Source of the DNA: Longimicrobium sp.
Lineage (GTDB): Bacteria; Gemmatimonadota; Gemmatimonadetes; Longimicrobiales; Longimicrobiaceae
Direction: 5' to 3'
Assembly: GCF_036388275.1 (NCBI RefSeq)
Contig: NZ_DASVSF010000108.1
Span: forward strand, 13,626-77,625
DNA length: 64,000 nucleotides
The notes under the pieces are model-generated. The model was not told the DNA's origin and ran no database searches. It saw only the letters and a list, made by a program, of their open reading frames with translations. Position numbers and translations under genes: made by a program. Below are positions 24,917 through 33,547 of this stretch, one piece after another. Every line of letters begins with the position of its first letter. Position 1 is the stretch's first letter.

Positions 24917-25960
24917 ATGCTTCAACGACTGGTGTCCTGCTTCTGCCCTCGTGGCCGATCCATCCTTCCCATCGCCATCGTGCTCACCATGGCGCTCGTT
25001 GCGCCGGCCACGAGCCAGGTTCAGGGCACGGTGATCGAGCCGTCCGGGCGACCTGTCTCCGGAGTGGTCGTCGAAGCGTGGGTTGGTGGCCAAACCGTGG
25101 AGAGCGTACAGACGGATGAGCAGGGGCGCTTCACCATCTCCGGCCGCGCCCAGGTTTCGGGGGCTGTTTTCCTGAGCTTCCGGGGGATGGGCTATCGCAC
25201 CCGAACCATGGCGCTTCCCTCCCAGGATTCAAGGCTCCAGGTAGTATTGGAGGCGGCGCCCCTGGCGCTGGCTCCCGTGATCGTCTCTGCCGCGCCGCGC
25301 CGCCTCTGCCCCAACGTGGAAAATTCCCGGGCACGCATGCTTTGGGAGCGCATGCGCAGCCGCTATTGGCCGGAGCACGCGGATACGGTGTTCATCTTCG
25401 GCTTCCACGAGGTGCGCCGGGGGACAGGAACCAAGCAGGAGCTCGACCAGGCCGAAACGGGACGGTCCAGCCGCGGCTGGACCACCAGCGCCCTGGTCAC
25501 GGCCCCACCTTGGGCTATGGCGCGCTCTGGATATGCCACTCCCGCGGCTGGTGGGGCCGGTGAGCGGACGGCCTTCTGGAACTATCGAGCCCTGGACTTC
25601 GGCCAGATGCAGGACTTCACCGGCACGTACTTCGGGCAAGCTCATACCTTTGCCCTGCTGCAGGCCGGGCCGACCGAGATGATGATCAGCTTCTGCCCGC
25701 GAAGCCGGCAGCCACTGGTTGGGCAGATCGAGGGGGTTCTGAGATTATCGGGAGATACGATCCTGGCGAACGCGCGCTGGGCGTTCCGCACTCCACGCCC
25801 GGATGAGGATGCGGGCGGCGAGGCGTCCTACTACCAACCCGAGTCAGCCACGGGACGAGCTCTGCTGGCTCACCAAACACGGTTCTGGAGGAAGACTACA
25901 GGGGGCCGCTACTACTTCGAGAGGCACGAGTTCGTCGATTGGCGTCGGTGGAGCCGATAG
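24917..25960 (+). CDS. Secreted protein with N-terminal carboxypeptidase-regulatory-like (CarboxypepD_reg) domain
   Basis: From the ATG at 24917: signal peptide ...LVAPATSQVQG, then GTVIEPSGRPVSGVVVEAWVGGQTVESVQTDEQGRFTISG. Confidence 0.6.
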   Translation: MLQRLVSCFCPRGRSILPIAIVLTMALVAPATSQVQGTVIEPSGRPVSGVVVEAWVGGQTVESVQTDEQGRFTISGRAQVSGAVFLSFRGMGYRTRTMALPSQDSRLQVVLEAAPLALAPVIVSAAPRRLCPNVENSRARMLWERMRSRYWPEHADTVFIFGFHEVRRGTGTKQELDQAETGRSSRGWTTSALVTAPPWAMARSGYATPAAGGAGERTAFWNYRALDFGQMQDFTGTYFGQAHTFALLQAGPTEMMISFCPRSRQPLVGQIEGVLRLSGDTILANARWAFRTPRPDEDAGGEASYYQPESATGRALLAHQTRFWRKTTGGRYYFERHEFVDWRRWSR

Positions 25961-25982
25961 GCGCCGCCCAAAGGGTGGAATG

Positions 25983-26642
25983 TCAGTTCACTCGCTGCTC
26001 TTTAGCAGCTTCGATCCGCTTGGCCAATTCAGCCACAGAAATGATTCCTGAAACCTTTACGCCGTTGATGAGGCTGGTCGGGGTCATTTCCATCCCGATG
26101 GCCCGCCCGTCCCGCCGGTCCGACTCGATCCGCGCGGCATGCGCCTTCGTTTTCATGCACCGGGCGAACCCGGTCTGATCAGGCACGCCAGCCCCGGTGG
26201 CAAACGCGACCCACGGAATCGTGCCAATGGAGTCCTGCCTGGCAAAAAGCAGGTCCCGGACTTGTTGATACCGTCCCTGTTCACGTGCGCATTCGGCTGT
26301 CATTGCCGCTTCGTACGAATGCGGGTAGCGATCGATGGGAAAGTGCCGGTGGGCGATCGCCACGTCGTTGGGATAGAGTTCTCGAACGCGGTCGAGGGTG
26401 TCTGCGTACGCCCTACAGGCCGGGCACTGGAAGTCGGAGTATTCGATGATCGTCAGCGCCGCCGCGTGCGCTCCGACAGGCTCTCGGTCGTCCAGGTACC
26501 GCTGCCATCCTTCGATCAGAGTTCCGTCGGTAACGACCGTGTGGCTCTCGCGAGCGAACTGGCGCCGCACGACGAGCCCGGTGGTCACAAGAGCTGCGCC
26601 GGCCATTACAACCACAGCAACGTTCAGAAGGCGCTCCCGCAT
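25983..26642 (-). CDS. DsbA-family thiol:disulfide oxidoreductase, membrane anchored
   Basis: N-terminal TM VAVVVMAGAALVTTGLVV. Thioredoxin active site EYSDFQCPACRAY. C-terminal TPTSLINGVKV, typical of DsbA/thioredoxin_4. Confidence 0.85.
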   Translation of the reverse strand: MRERLLNVAVVVMAGAALVTTGLVVRRQFARESHTVVTDGTLIEGWQRYLDDREPVGAHAAALTIIEYSDFQCPACRAYADTLDRVRELYPNDVAIAHRHFPIDRYPHSYEAAMTAECAREQGRYQQVRDLLFARQDSIGTIPWVAFATGAGVPDQTGFARCMKTKAHAARIESDRRDGRAIGMEMTPTSLINGVKVSGIISVAELAKRIEAAKEQRVN

Positions 26643-26790
26643 GTTCCTGATCGAGGTGGAGTCGGCTGAATTGCCCTGGCGTTTCCGGTCGGATATCCAG
26701 CGCGCGTTGAGAGCGTCTCGCGCAAGACGATGCCACAGAGACTGTCGTCCTGCGCGAGCACCTTGCTAGATCAACAGTCGGATTTCACGC

Positions 26791-26976
26791 TCAGCCGCAC
26801 TCGATTTTGTCCGAGCAGACCCTCGTGCCACCTACGTTATCGCACTTGCAGCCTTCGATCACACGGCAGCCGTTCGGAACGGGGCTGCACGGCACCAGCT
26901 CGGTCTGCGCCCACAGGAGGGTGGACCCGCCAGCGACGGTCACGAGGGTACAGGCCAGGAGGAACAGCTTCTTCAT
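26791..26976 (-). CDS. Small secreted Cys-rich peptide (61-aa precursor, about 37-aa mature with 6 Cys)
   Basis: Internal ATG at 26976 of ORF 26791..27081, with GGAG upstream. MKKLFLLACTLVTVAGGSTLLWA/QTELVPCSPVPNGCRVIEGCKCDNVGGTRVCSDKIECG. Confidence 0.55.
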   Translation of the reverse strand: MKKLFLLACTLVTVAGGSTLLWAQTELVPCSPVPNGCRVIEGCKCDNVGGTRVCSDKIECG

Positions 26977-27169
26977 GGTGGGCTCCACAGAAGGGTGAGG
27001 AAGACGTACCAGCAGGTGTCGGAAAGGGTAACGGATACGGCTGAGGCAGGCAAGCGGCGCGGCGAACTCTTTCAGACGCACTTGATTTGCGGTGCGACTG
27101 GAGCGGGACTCCTCCCATCGGCGCGTGATGGCCGCGGATCGGCCGCGCTTGGCTGCCAGCCACCACGAA

Positions 27170-27200
27170 GCGGCGCGGCCCCGCCCAGGAGCCGCGCCGC
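27170..27200. repeat. Fam-T palindrome (copy A) at the left edge of the accessory island
   Basis: GCGGCGCGGCcccgcccaggaGCCGCGCCGCttacgttga. Confidence 0.7.
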
Positions 27201-27219
27201 TTACGTTGATGCTTCCTGC

Positions 27220-27348
27220 TTACGCGGCGAGCCGCCGCACCACCTCCACAGCGCCCCGCTTGTACACCGTCACGTAGACCAGCTTCCCCTCCGGATCGAT
27301 CACCATCCAGTAGCGGCCCCAGCGAGCCTGCGCCTTACCTGGCGGCGA
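27220..27348 (-). pseudogene. 5'-truncated copy (A) of the small gene at 31124..31294
   Basis: Hand translation ...GKAQARWGRYWMVIDPEGKLVYVTVYKRGAVEVVRRLAA*, preceded by an in-frame TAG and with no start codon. About 125 nt at roughly 90% identity to 31085-31215, including stop and hairpin. Confidence 0.7.
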
Positions 27349-27606
27349 CTAGCTCGATTGCGGCGGTAGCGCGAACGTCCGGCGATTTTGCGGAAGGGCC
27401 TTGGCAGCCGCGGCGCTCTTACGCGGCAGTGGAGGCTGCGCGATGAGTCGCCGGGGACGGTCGATGTTATGGCGCCGACCGGCCCATTCTACAAATGTGG
27501 CGATTTAGGTGCGTGCTCCTTAGTTTTCCTCCCCCTGCCTCGGACAACCAAGTTCATCCGTACCCGCCGGGACAACGCTTTAGTGAATACGTGCTTTCCA
27601 AAATCG

Positions 27607-29526
27607 ATGTTCCTTAACTCTGCAACTGGTGAGCTACCCGTGCACGACATCGGAACCGACAAGAGCACACCCGCCGCCAGGCGGGGCCGCAGAGCCCGGG
27701 GCCTCACTGAGGCAGCCCAGCCGCCGAAAGCCGGAAGCGATACGGCCAGCGGCAGCCGAAGGGACAGGACTTCATCATGGTTTGCGTCATTGATCACGGC
27801 CGTTGTTGTCCTCGGCGGTTGCGATGCATTCCCGCCAACGGCGGCGGATTCGCCCCGCATCGTGCCCGTTGGAGAGCCCGTGGAATTTTCCAGTCCCGTG
27901 GACCCGACTGGCTTCTCCGCGAGCGGAACCATTGCTACGGCACCTGACAATGGAGATGCCACGATGGGCCAGCTAAGCTGGCGAGACATCGGGGTTGCAT
28001 TCGGGCAGGAAATGTGGATTCGGGTCCGCACGACGGGGCAGGTTTCGTGGTCACCATTGTACGACAACTTCAGGGACTGCGGAGGCGCGTTCTGCACCGG
28101 TGGTGATGCCGGCCCTGCGTTTGGAACGGGCTCGGCTGGTGGGGCCGGCATAGGCCAGTTCGGCGCGTTGCGAGTACACGTTCGTGCAGTTGGGCCTGAT
28201 GGGGGCGGCTCTTCATGGTCGCCGCTCGTCACACCGGATGGACAGTTGGAGGCGGTGATGCATGTTCGCCCCGGTTGGAAGTTGCAGGCGATGCGCGACG
28301 GCATGCCCGGCCAGCCGAACTGTCTGGCATGCCCCGACCCCTACCAGAGGGGCCGGATGGCGGGGTACTCGATCAGCGGCGAAACCCGAATCCTTGCTGA
28401 GAAGGTAACGCTCATCCAGGTGGAGGCGCGTGAAAGCGTCGTGGCACCGGGACAGCCGGTCACGTTCGACGTCGTCACGTATCCGGGCACGGCAGAACTC
28501 GTCTGGAGATTTCTGCGAGAGGACGTGAACGAATGGGTGTACCCTGACGAGTGCCGTCGAATGACGGCCAGCTGCACGTTTGTGCCGCCGAGCGGCGGAA
28601 GAATGCAGGTCTATGGACGGTGGTACCTGCTCCGCGAGGATTACTACGCGACCAGCAATTCGATTACGGTACGTGAGGCTGCGCTGTCGCTGGAGTGCAC
28701 CCCTAACCCGGTGACACGGGGGAATGAGATGAACTGCACCGCGAAGCCAGAACCTGTGACGGCCCAGCTCACGAACGTACGGTGGACCTTCATTGATACA
28801 GCCGGGAACAACATCCCCGGTCCTAATGGGGACCGCGTGACTTGGGGCGGTATCATGGTGGTCGGCGGGACCATGCACGTGTCGGCCGAAGTCAATGGCG
28901 TGCCACTCGGCGCCGAGCCAGTTGAGGTGAGAGTTGAACGCCGAGCCGATTGGCGAGTTTCGTTCCCTGCGATGCCGGAGCCGGAGCCGAGTTCAGCGCT
29001 CCCGTATCCGCCCGTCACGACTCCTGGCGGTGCGGTTGGAGAGGGCGTGTTTGGGCAATATGTTTACTCATACGGGTTTCCAGCGGGCCCTCTCGGGGGC
29101 GGAACCGGTCCGAATCGGAACTGGTACTACTTGAGGGCACCGCTGGAGATCAATGAACCGCACATCCTCATCAACCCAGGCCTCTACCCAGATGATCCAT
29201 TCTTCCGTGCGCAGCGGGGTGGCTTGGACCAAGATGGCTACAGGCGCTGTGATGCGGCTTTCATGAGATCGGCATTCGCGTCGGTTGTGGCACATGAACG
29301 TGGGCACCATCAGATTGCTGCCGAGTTCTTCGGAACCGCTGGCTCTGAGATGCTGGAGGCCGCTACGGTCTACTCGCCGCCGACTCAGGACGCAGGAGAA
29401 GTGACGGACATTCTACTCGCCCCGACGATCACGGCCTTGGAGGGTCGGCAGTCTGGATTCGATGACAAGAACAAGCTGATGCTTACGTGCAAGCTGCAGC
29501 CCTCCCGAACCACAGGCGACCGATGA
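27607..29526 (+). CDS. Large lipoprotein with C-terminal HExxH (zincin-like) motif
   Basis: From the ATG at 27607. Long basic N-terminus, then SWFASLITAVVVLGGCDAF (lipobox). Cys-paired Ig-like segments (CTPNPVTRGNEMNC). C-terminal SVVAHERGHHQIAAEF. Confidence 0.65.
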   Translation: MFLNSATGELPVHDIGTDKSTPAARRGRRARGLTEAAQPPKAGSDTASGSRRDRTSSWFASLITAVVVLGGCDAFPPTAADSPRIVPVGEPVEFSSPVDPTGFSASGTIATAPDNGDATMGQLSWRDIGVAFGQEMWIRVRTTGQVSWSPLYDNFRDCGGAFCTGGDAGPAFGTGSAGGAGIGQFGALRVHVRAVGPDGGGSSWSPLVTPDGQLEAVMHVRPGWKLQAMRDGMPGQPNCLACPDPYQRGRMAGYSISGETRILAEKVTLIQVEARESVVAPGQPVTFDVVTYPGTAELVWRFLREDVNEWVYPDECRRMTASCTFVPPSGGRMQVYGRWYLLREDYYATSNSITVREAALSLECTPNPVTRGNEMNCTAKPEPVTAQLTNVRWTFIDTAGNNIPGPNGDRVTWGGIMVVGGTMHVSAEVNGVPLGAEPVEVRVERRADWRVSFPAMPEPEPSSALPYPPVTTPGGAVGEGVFGQYVYSYGFPAGPLGGGTGPNRNWYYLRAPLEINEPHILINPGLYPDDPFFRAQRGGLDQDGYRRCDAAFMRSAFASVVAHERGHHQIAAEFFGTAGSEMLEAATVYSPPTQDAGEVTDILLAPTITALEGRQSGFDDKNKLMLTCKLQPSRTTGDR

Positions 29527-30140
29527 AGAGATTCCTGTTCGTGGCGGCCGCGACGGTGCTCGCGGCTGGTACTCTTGACGGTCAGGCTACCCCTGACTCG
29601 GTGAAGCATCGGAACGACTGCCGGTTAGCGCGGCAGGTAGTCGTTACTGGCCACCCTGTGCCCCATCTCCGCTGGGCACTTGGTTATCTCGCGGGGTGCG
29701 GTGCCGGAGAGCAAGGAGCGGCCGTAGCCCAAGCCGTCCGTCGGCTTCGTGCGGAGACCGACACGTCTGTTCTGCGACCCTACTGGTCCGTCACGGGCTA
29801 CCTGCTGGATCGGCGACTCTTCGAAGCAGCCGAAGAGATCGCGATCGATCGGTCGGCCAGTACGCAGGCGCGTGTTTTCGCGACATCAGCCCTCATTAGC
29901 GTGGTGCGACCGGGGTTCATCTCCGATTACAGCCAATTGGTGGGTGGCTTCAGGCCGGACGGCCTTGTTGCAGGGGGGTGCTGGAGCGTTGCCTCGGGGA
30001 AATTCCAAAGGACAGACACGCCGCTACCCGTCGATTACCAGGAACGAATCGCCGCCGTCCGGCAGCGTCTCCGAGGGGATCCCACTGAGCCTCTCGACGT
30101 TCGCACAGCCGCCACATGTCTCCTGCCAAGGAGGAGGTAG
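29523..30140 (+). CDS. Secreted hypothetical protein (205 aa), translationally coupled to the HExxH lipoprotein
   Basis: ATGA overlap at 29523-29526. Signal peptide MKRFLFVAAATVLAAGTLDGQA. Helical-repeat-like composition. Confidence 0.6.
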   Translation: MKRFLFVAAATVLAAGTLDGQATPDSVKHRNDCRLARQVVVTGHPVPHLRWALGYLAGCGAGEQGAAVAQAVRRLRAETDTSVLRPYWSVTGYLLDRRLFEAAEEIAIDRSASTQARVFATSALISVVRPGFISDYSQLVGGFRPDGLVAGGCWSVASGKFQRTDTPLPVDYQERIAAVRQRLRGDPTEPLDVRTAATCLLPRRR

Positions 30141-30270
30141 GGCGAGATAGCAAGGGCCGCCGCCGTATTTGATCCGATCATCCCCGCCGGCCGCGTGCTG
30201 AACGAGCTTGTGTACCGGCGGACGCCAGGGAAGCCGCGCATGCCACCGGTAAAGTGGCTCCCTTCCAGCA

Positions 30271-30346
30271 GGCTACGCCGCTTACGTTGAAGCTCACTTG
30301 GCTACGCCGCGAGCCCCCGCACCACCTCGACCGCGCCCCGCTTGAT
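30271..30346 (-). pseudogene. Short remnant (copy B) of the 3' end of the small gene at 31124..31294
   Basis: Encodes only ...KRGAVEVVRGLAA*. Retains the right hairpin arm and cttacgttgaagctc. About 85% identity over about 75 nt to 31090-31165. Confidence 0.65.
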
Positions 30347-30527
30347 AGGTGGGCTGCCGCGCGGCGTTGCGCGTCTCGGCAGGTATCGGCAACATAAGGA
30401 TCGCGAGCCCGCGTCCGCGTTGCGAGGACACCGCCAGCGTGCCCGCTTCACTTCCGCGCTCGGCTTCGTTTCCGTCGACACGCAAACCGCGCGGGCTTAC
30501 ATACTACGACGAGTATCCCTGCTCGAG

Positions 30528-31028
30528 ATGAGCTTACCATCCGCGGCGCATCTCGCCTTCTGGAACGATCCCGACGAGCTGTTGCAGGCGCTGTATCGGT
30601 TGGGCCGCGAGCCCGTGCCGGAGTTGCGCGAAGCCCTACGCCAACTGCTGGACCACGCCGATCCCGATATCCGCGAAGAGGCAATCCGGGTGCTCGCCAC
30701 ACGCTGGAAGGACGAATCTGCACGGCTGCGGGCTTTCGACATGCTGCGCAACGATCCCACTCCTATGGTGCGGAGCGCTGCGGCATTCGCCATCGGCGGA
30801 ACGTCGACCAGCGCATCGCGCAATCGCGATACGCGGTTGCTGCTATCAGTACTCCGCGACGTAGCGCAACCGATGGACGTCAGGCGTGCAGCATACGACG
30901 CGCTCATCATCGCGCACCGCAAAGGTGCCGGGGAAAAAAGTTGGCCGTTTCCAAGCCATAGATCTGAGTTCGACCCTGTTCGCAGCGTCGATTGGGAGTG
31001 GCTGAGGTCGCTGGAGGAGGCCGGCTGA
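30528..31028 (+). CDS. HEAT-repeat protein (166 aa)
   Basis: From the ATG at 30528: LLDHADPDIREEAIRVLA, LRNDPTPMVRSAAAFAIG, LRDVAQPMDVRRAAYDALI (HEAT/PBS-lyase-type repeats). Confidence 0.7.
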   Translation: MSLPSAAHLAFWNDPDELLQALYRLGREPVPELREALRQLLDHADPDIREEAIRVLATRWKDESARLRAFDMLRNDPTPMVRSAAAFAIGGTSTSASRNRDTRLLLSVLRDVAQPMDVRRAAYDALIIAHRKGAGEKSWPFPSHRSEFDPVRSVDWEWLRSLEEAG

Positions 31029-31072
31029 CGGCACGGCGGGTGAGCAGGGTCACGGGACCAACCTGAATAAAA

Positions 31073-31103
31073 GCGGCGCGGCCCCGTTCAGGAGCCGCGC
31101 CGC
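31073..31103 (-). terminator. Fam-T palindrome (copy C), terminator of the small minus-strand gene
   Basis: aataaaaGCGGCGCGGCcccgttcaggaGCCGCGCCGC, with a T-tract on the minus strand. Confidence 0.65.
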
Positions 31104-31123
31104 TTACGTTGAAGCTCATCTGC

Positions 31124-31294
31124 CTACGCGGCGAGCCGCCGCACCACCTCCACCGCGCCCCGCTTGTACACCGTCACGCACACCAGCTTCCCCTCCGGGT
31201 CGACCACCATCCAGTAGCGGCTCCCGTCGTACTTCGCGACCACGAATCCGCTCGGCTTGGGGTCCGCGGGTGGGGCTGCGGGCAATCTGGGCAT
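31124..31294 (-). CDS. Small hypothetical protein (56 aa); intact member of the ladder of truncated copies
   Basis: Internal ATG at 31294 of ORF 31124..31525: MPRLPAAPPADPKPSGFVVAKYDGSRYWMVVDPEGKLVCVTVYKRGAVEVVRRLAA. Confidence 0.55.
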   Translation of the reverse strand: MPRLPAAPPADPKPSGFVVAKYDGSRYWMVVDPEGKLVCVTVYKRGAVEVVRRLAA

Positions 31295-31430
31295 CGTGCA
31301 CCTCCAATGGGCTTGACCCTCGGCGCCCGGCAGGGCTACTCTTGGTGAGCGGGCGGCCTTCGGGTCGGTTCGCGGTAAGGCTGTCGGCCGTCTCTTGGCG
31401 GGGATACCGGCAGCCTTGCTTTTCGCCCTG

Positions 31431-31484
31431 CTGTCTATATCATAATCGACAGACCGACGTTTGTCAACCTCTGCATCGACAAAA
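31431..31484. promoter_or_regulatory. Divergent promoter/operator-like region with TCGACA / TTGTCAAC repeats and an AT-rich -10-like box
   Basis: ctgtctatatcataatcgacagaccgacgtttgtcaacctctgcatcgacaaaa. The near-palindrome ctgtcta..tcgacag flanks tatcataat. Confidence 0.35.
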
Positions 31485-31718
31485 ATGGACTTCAAAACGG
31501 CTACGGACCGGGTCGCCGGCTGCATCAGCCACGCCGAGATCGCAGAAGCAGCAGGGGTCTCAATTCAGACGATCAGGCAGGCCCGGATGGATCCGGGCTC
31601 AGCCAGCTATAGAAACCCGCCCGCAGGGTGGCAGGCCGTCCTTGTGGCGTTAGCACGCAAGCGATCCGAGGACTTAGCCGATTTCGCTAAACAGCTACAC
31701 GCTAGTTCTCTGCAGTGA
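31485..31718 (+). CDS. Small putative HTH DNA-binding protein (77 aa)
   Basis: Internal ATG of ORF 31461..31718: MDFKTATDRVAGCISHAEIAEAAGVSIQTIRQARMD... (helix-turn-helix-like AEIAEAAGVSIQTIRQ). Convergent with the HEPN gene (stop codons 3 nt apart). Confidence 0.5.
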   Translation: MDFKTATDRVAGCISHAEIAEAAGVSIQTIRQARMDPGSASYRNPPAGWQAVLVALARKRSEDLADFAKQLHASSLQ

Positions 31719-31720
31719 CC

Positions 31721-32413
31721 TCATGCGGCAGCCTTGAGGTATTTACGATGGGAGAGTGCGTCTGTCAGCCCTATCATTATCCTCGTTTGGACACGCAACG
31801 TGAGTGCCTCTAGGGCATCGAGCTCATCCTGATCGATCCCACCGCGTTCAGCTCCGTGCGCGATGTTGTTACGTGTCCCCAGCAGCCGGCTTATTGCTCC
31901 CTCGTCCGCCGCGAACTGATCGTGGGCAAGGCCAAGGCGAAATAAAATCTTTCTAAGAACGATGGGTTTCAGGTTGGATTCCATATCTATCACCTCGTCT
32001 ACATTCAAGGAGACGGTGGTGCTGTTGACGTCCGCGATCCCCTCAATAAACTCCACCTGTCGGGCAAAGCGGTGCAGGGGTGCGTCATCTGGCGCCGCCC
32101 GTCGGAAAATATCTGCCTTCTTATTTGGATCGGACAGTGCCTTGAAAACCCTATCGAGAGAGGCAGCGACTAGGAACGGGCTCGCATCCTCACATCGGAT
32201 CTTCTGCTCGTTGACAGCGTTAGCATACGTCCCAAATGCGGTTTTGCAGAAGCCCTCGAAGTGCGAGTACAACACGAGAATAATAGCCTTACGATAGCGG
32301 AGTCTGTCCGACTCCACTGGAATATTGCTCAGTTGATTTCGAAGGAGCCGTAGCTCATCCAAGCGCCAAGCGAGGTCTCCTTCCAACTGAGCACGAAAGT
32401 CAGCAGAATTCAT
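31721..32413 (-). CDS. HEPN-domain protein (Rx4H motif; resembles the MAE_28990/MAE_18760-type HEPN family)
   Basis: 230 aa, all-helical composition. C-terminal LLGTRNNIAHGAERG contains R-N-N-I-A-H (Rx4H). ATG is 1 nt after the DUF262 stop. Confidence 0.8.
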   Translation of the reverse strand: MNSADFRAQLEGDLAWRLDELRLLRNQLSNIPVESDRLRYRKAIILVLYSHFEGFCKTAFGTYANAVNEQKIRCEDASPFLVAASLDRVFKALSDPNKKADIFRRAAPDDAPLHRFARQVEFIEGIADVNSTTVSLNVDEVIDMESNLKPIVLRKILFRLGLAHDQFAADEGAISRLLGTRNNIAHGAERGGIDQDELDALEALTLRVQTRIMIGLTDALSHRKYLKAAA

Positions 32414-32414
32414 A

Positions 32415-33542
32415 TCATTCTACCGCCGCAGATACTTCGCGCGTCACGAACTCGATCCGTCGTTCCAGCATCCGGCGGAAATTCTTTCCTCCACCGGTGG
32501 TCATTTCTCTAAACTCTCCATCGCGCTTGACACCCTCGAACCGCTCGCGAATACGCGCAATCTGCCCCGCATCATCAGAATCGATAATTCCAAGATGCGG
32601 AATCAAGCTCAGGGCGAATGCCTCATAGTGGAGGGACAGGAACTGGGCTGGCCGACGTTCTCCGGCGACAACGCCAGTGAATGCATTCTCACCCAAGGTC
32701 ATCCGAAGGATTCGGAACGTCCGTTCAAACTGATCTTGCTCATTCTGGTACTCGAAGGGAACGCTTTTGCTGGAGACCTTCTCCATATACTCCGTAAGAA
32801 AGTCGCCTATGTTATGCACGTACGTGGGCATGTCATTCTTGAAAGCAAAAAACCGAAGCACCAGTTCCTGATCGTACTTCTCTTTCCGCTTCTCCTCCGA
32901 CAGATAGGCGATGCATGTCTTAAAATCCTCATTACGGCTCAGCGTAGCAACGAATTCGTTGAAGGCTGGATCCAGCAGCCGGATGGTACAATTCCGAATC
33001 TCCTGCTCCGACGCGAGTTCGCCCCCAGTGTTCAAGCGCTTGAACATGTAGTATCGCAGGCGCGGATCGCTCTCTTTACGGATTACCTCAACACGAACGA
33101 ATGCACGTTTGAGTTTGATAGCAAGGGCGCGGGGCAATGTCTCGTACGTGAGCCCGTTTAATTCGGGAACGATGTCGCATTCCGAGAGAGCGAGGCCCTC
33201 CAACGGCTCTCCGCCCTCGTCCCGCAGCAAACCGCGGAAATGAATGTAAGAGGACAGCCGTTGAAGCCCATCGATCAGTTCATAAGCTCCTTGGGCACGC
33301 TCGATGACGAACAGTGGCGGGAGCGGCATTTCCAGAATCAACGATTCGATCAGACGGGACTGCTTTCCTTCTGACCACCGAAATAGTCGCTGATAGTCCG
33401 GCGAGATAATCAGTTCATCATTGGCGTACATGTCCAATAATTCGTTGAATGATAGATCAAGGCTTTGGGTTCGGACTACTTCAATCCGTTGGTCCACGGC
33501 AGAGATAACATCGATTCCTGCAGCTTCTTGGTTGATGCTCAT
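32415..33542 (-). CDS. DUF262 (ParB/Srx-like, DGQQR motif) protein without a DUF1524/His-Me nuclease domain
   Basis: ATG at 33542 (13th codon of ORF 32415..33578) preceded by AAGGA. ISPDYQRLFRWSEGKQSRLIESLILEMPLPPLFV...YELIDGLQRLSS is the DUF262 signature. No H..N..H or EHI-type motif in the C-terminal half. Confidence 0.85.
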   Translation of the reverse strand: MSINQEAAGIDVISAVDQRIEVVRTQSLDLSFNELLDMYANDELIISPDYQRLFRWSEGKQSRLIESLILEMPLPPLFVIERAQGAYELIDGLQRLSSYIHFRGLLRDEGGEPLEGLALSECDIVPELNGLTYETLPRALAIKLKRAFVRVEVIRKESDPRLRYYMFKRLNTGGELASEQEIRNCTIRLLDPAFNEFVATLSRNEDFKTCIAYLSEEKRKEKYDQELVLRFFAFKNDMPTYVHNIGDFLTEYMEKVSSKSVPFEYQNEQDQFERTFRILRMTLGENAFTGVVAGERRPAQFLSLHYEAFALSLIPHLGIIDSDDAGQIARIRERFEGVKRDGEFREMTTGGGKNFRRMLERRIEFVTREVSAAVE

Positions 33543-33547
33543 ATTGC

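Noticed and set aside
30294-30485. 63-aa minus-strand ORF spanning remnant copy B
   Set aside because: It reads the remnant of the small gene out of frame and continues through non-coding spacer, with no RBS or family features.
27170-31103. Integron-like cassette array, with the GCGGCGCGGC..GCCGCGCCGC palindromes as attC sites
   Set aside because: No intI gene or attI was found. The sequence after the palindrome (GTTGAAGC / GTTGATGC) does not fit the GTTRRRY core, and no RYYYAAC inverse core is present. The same palindrome acts as an ordinary terminator at 19262, and the repeated unit includes coding sequence of a small gene.
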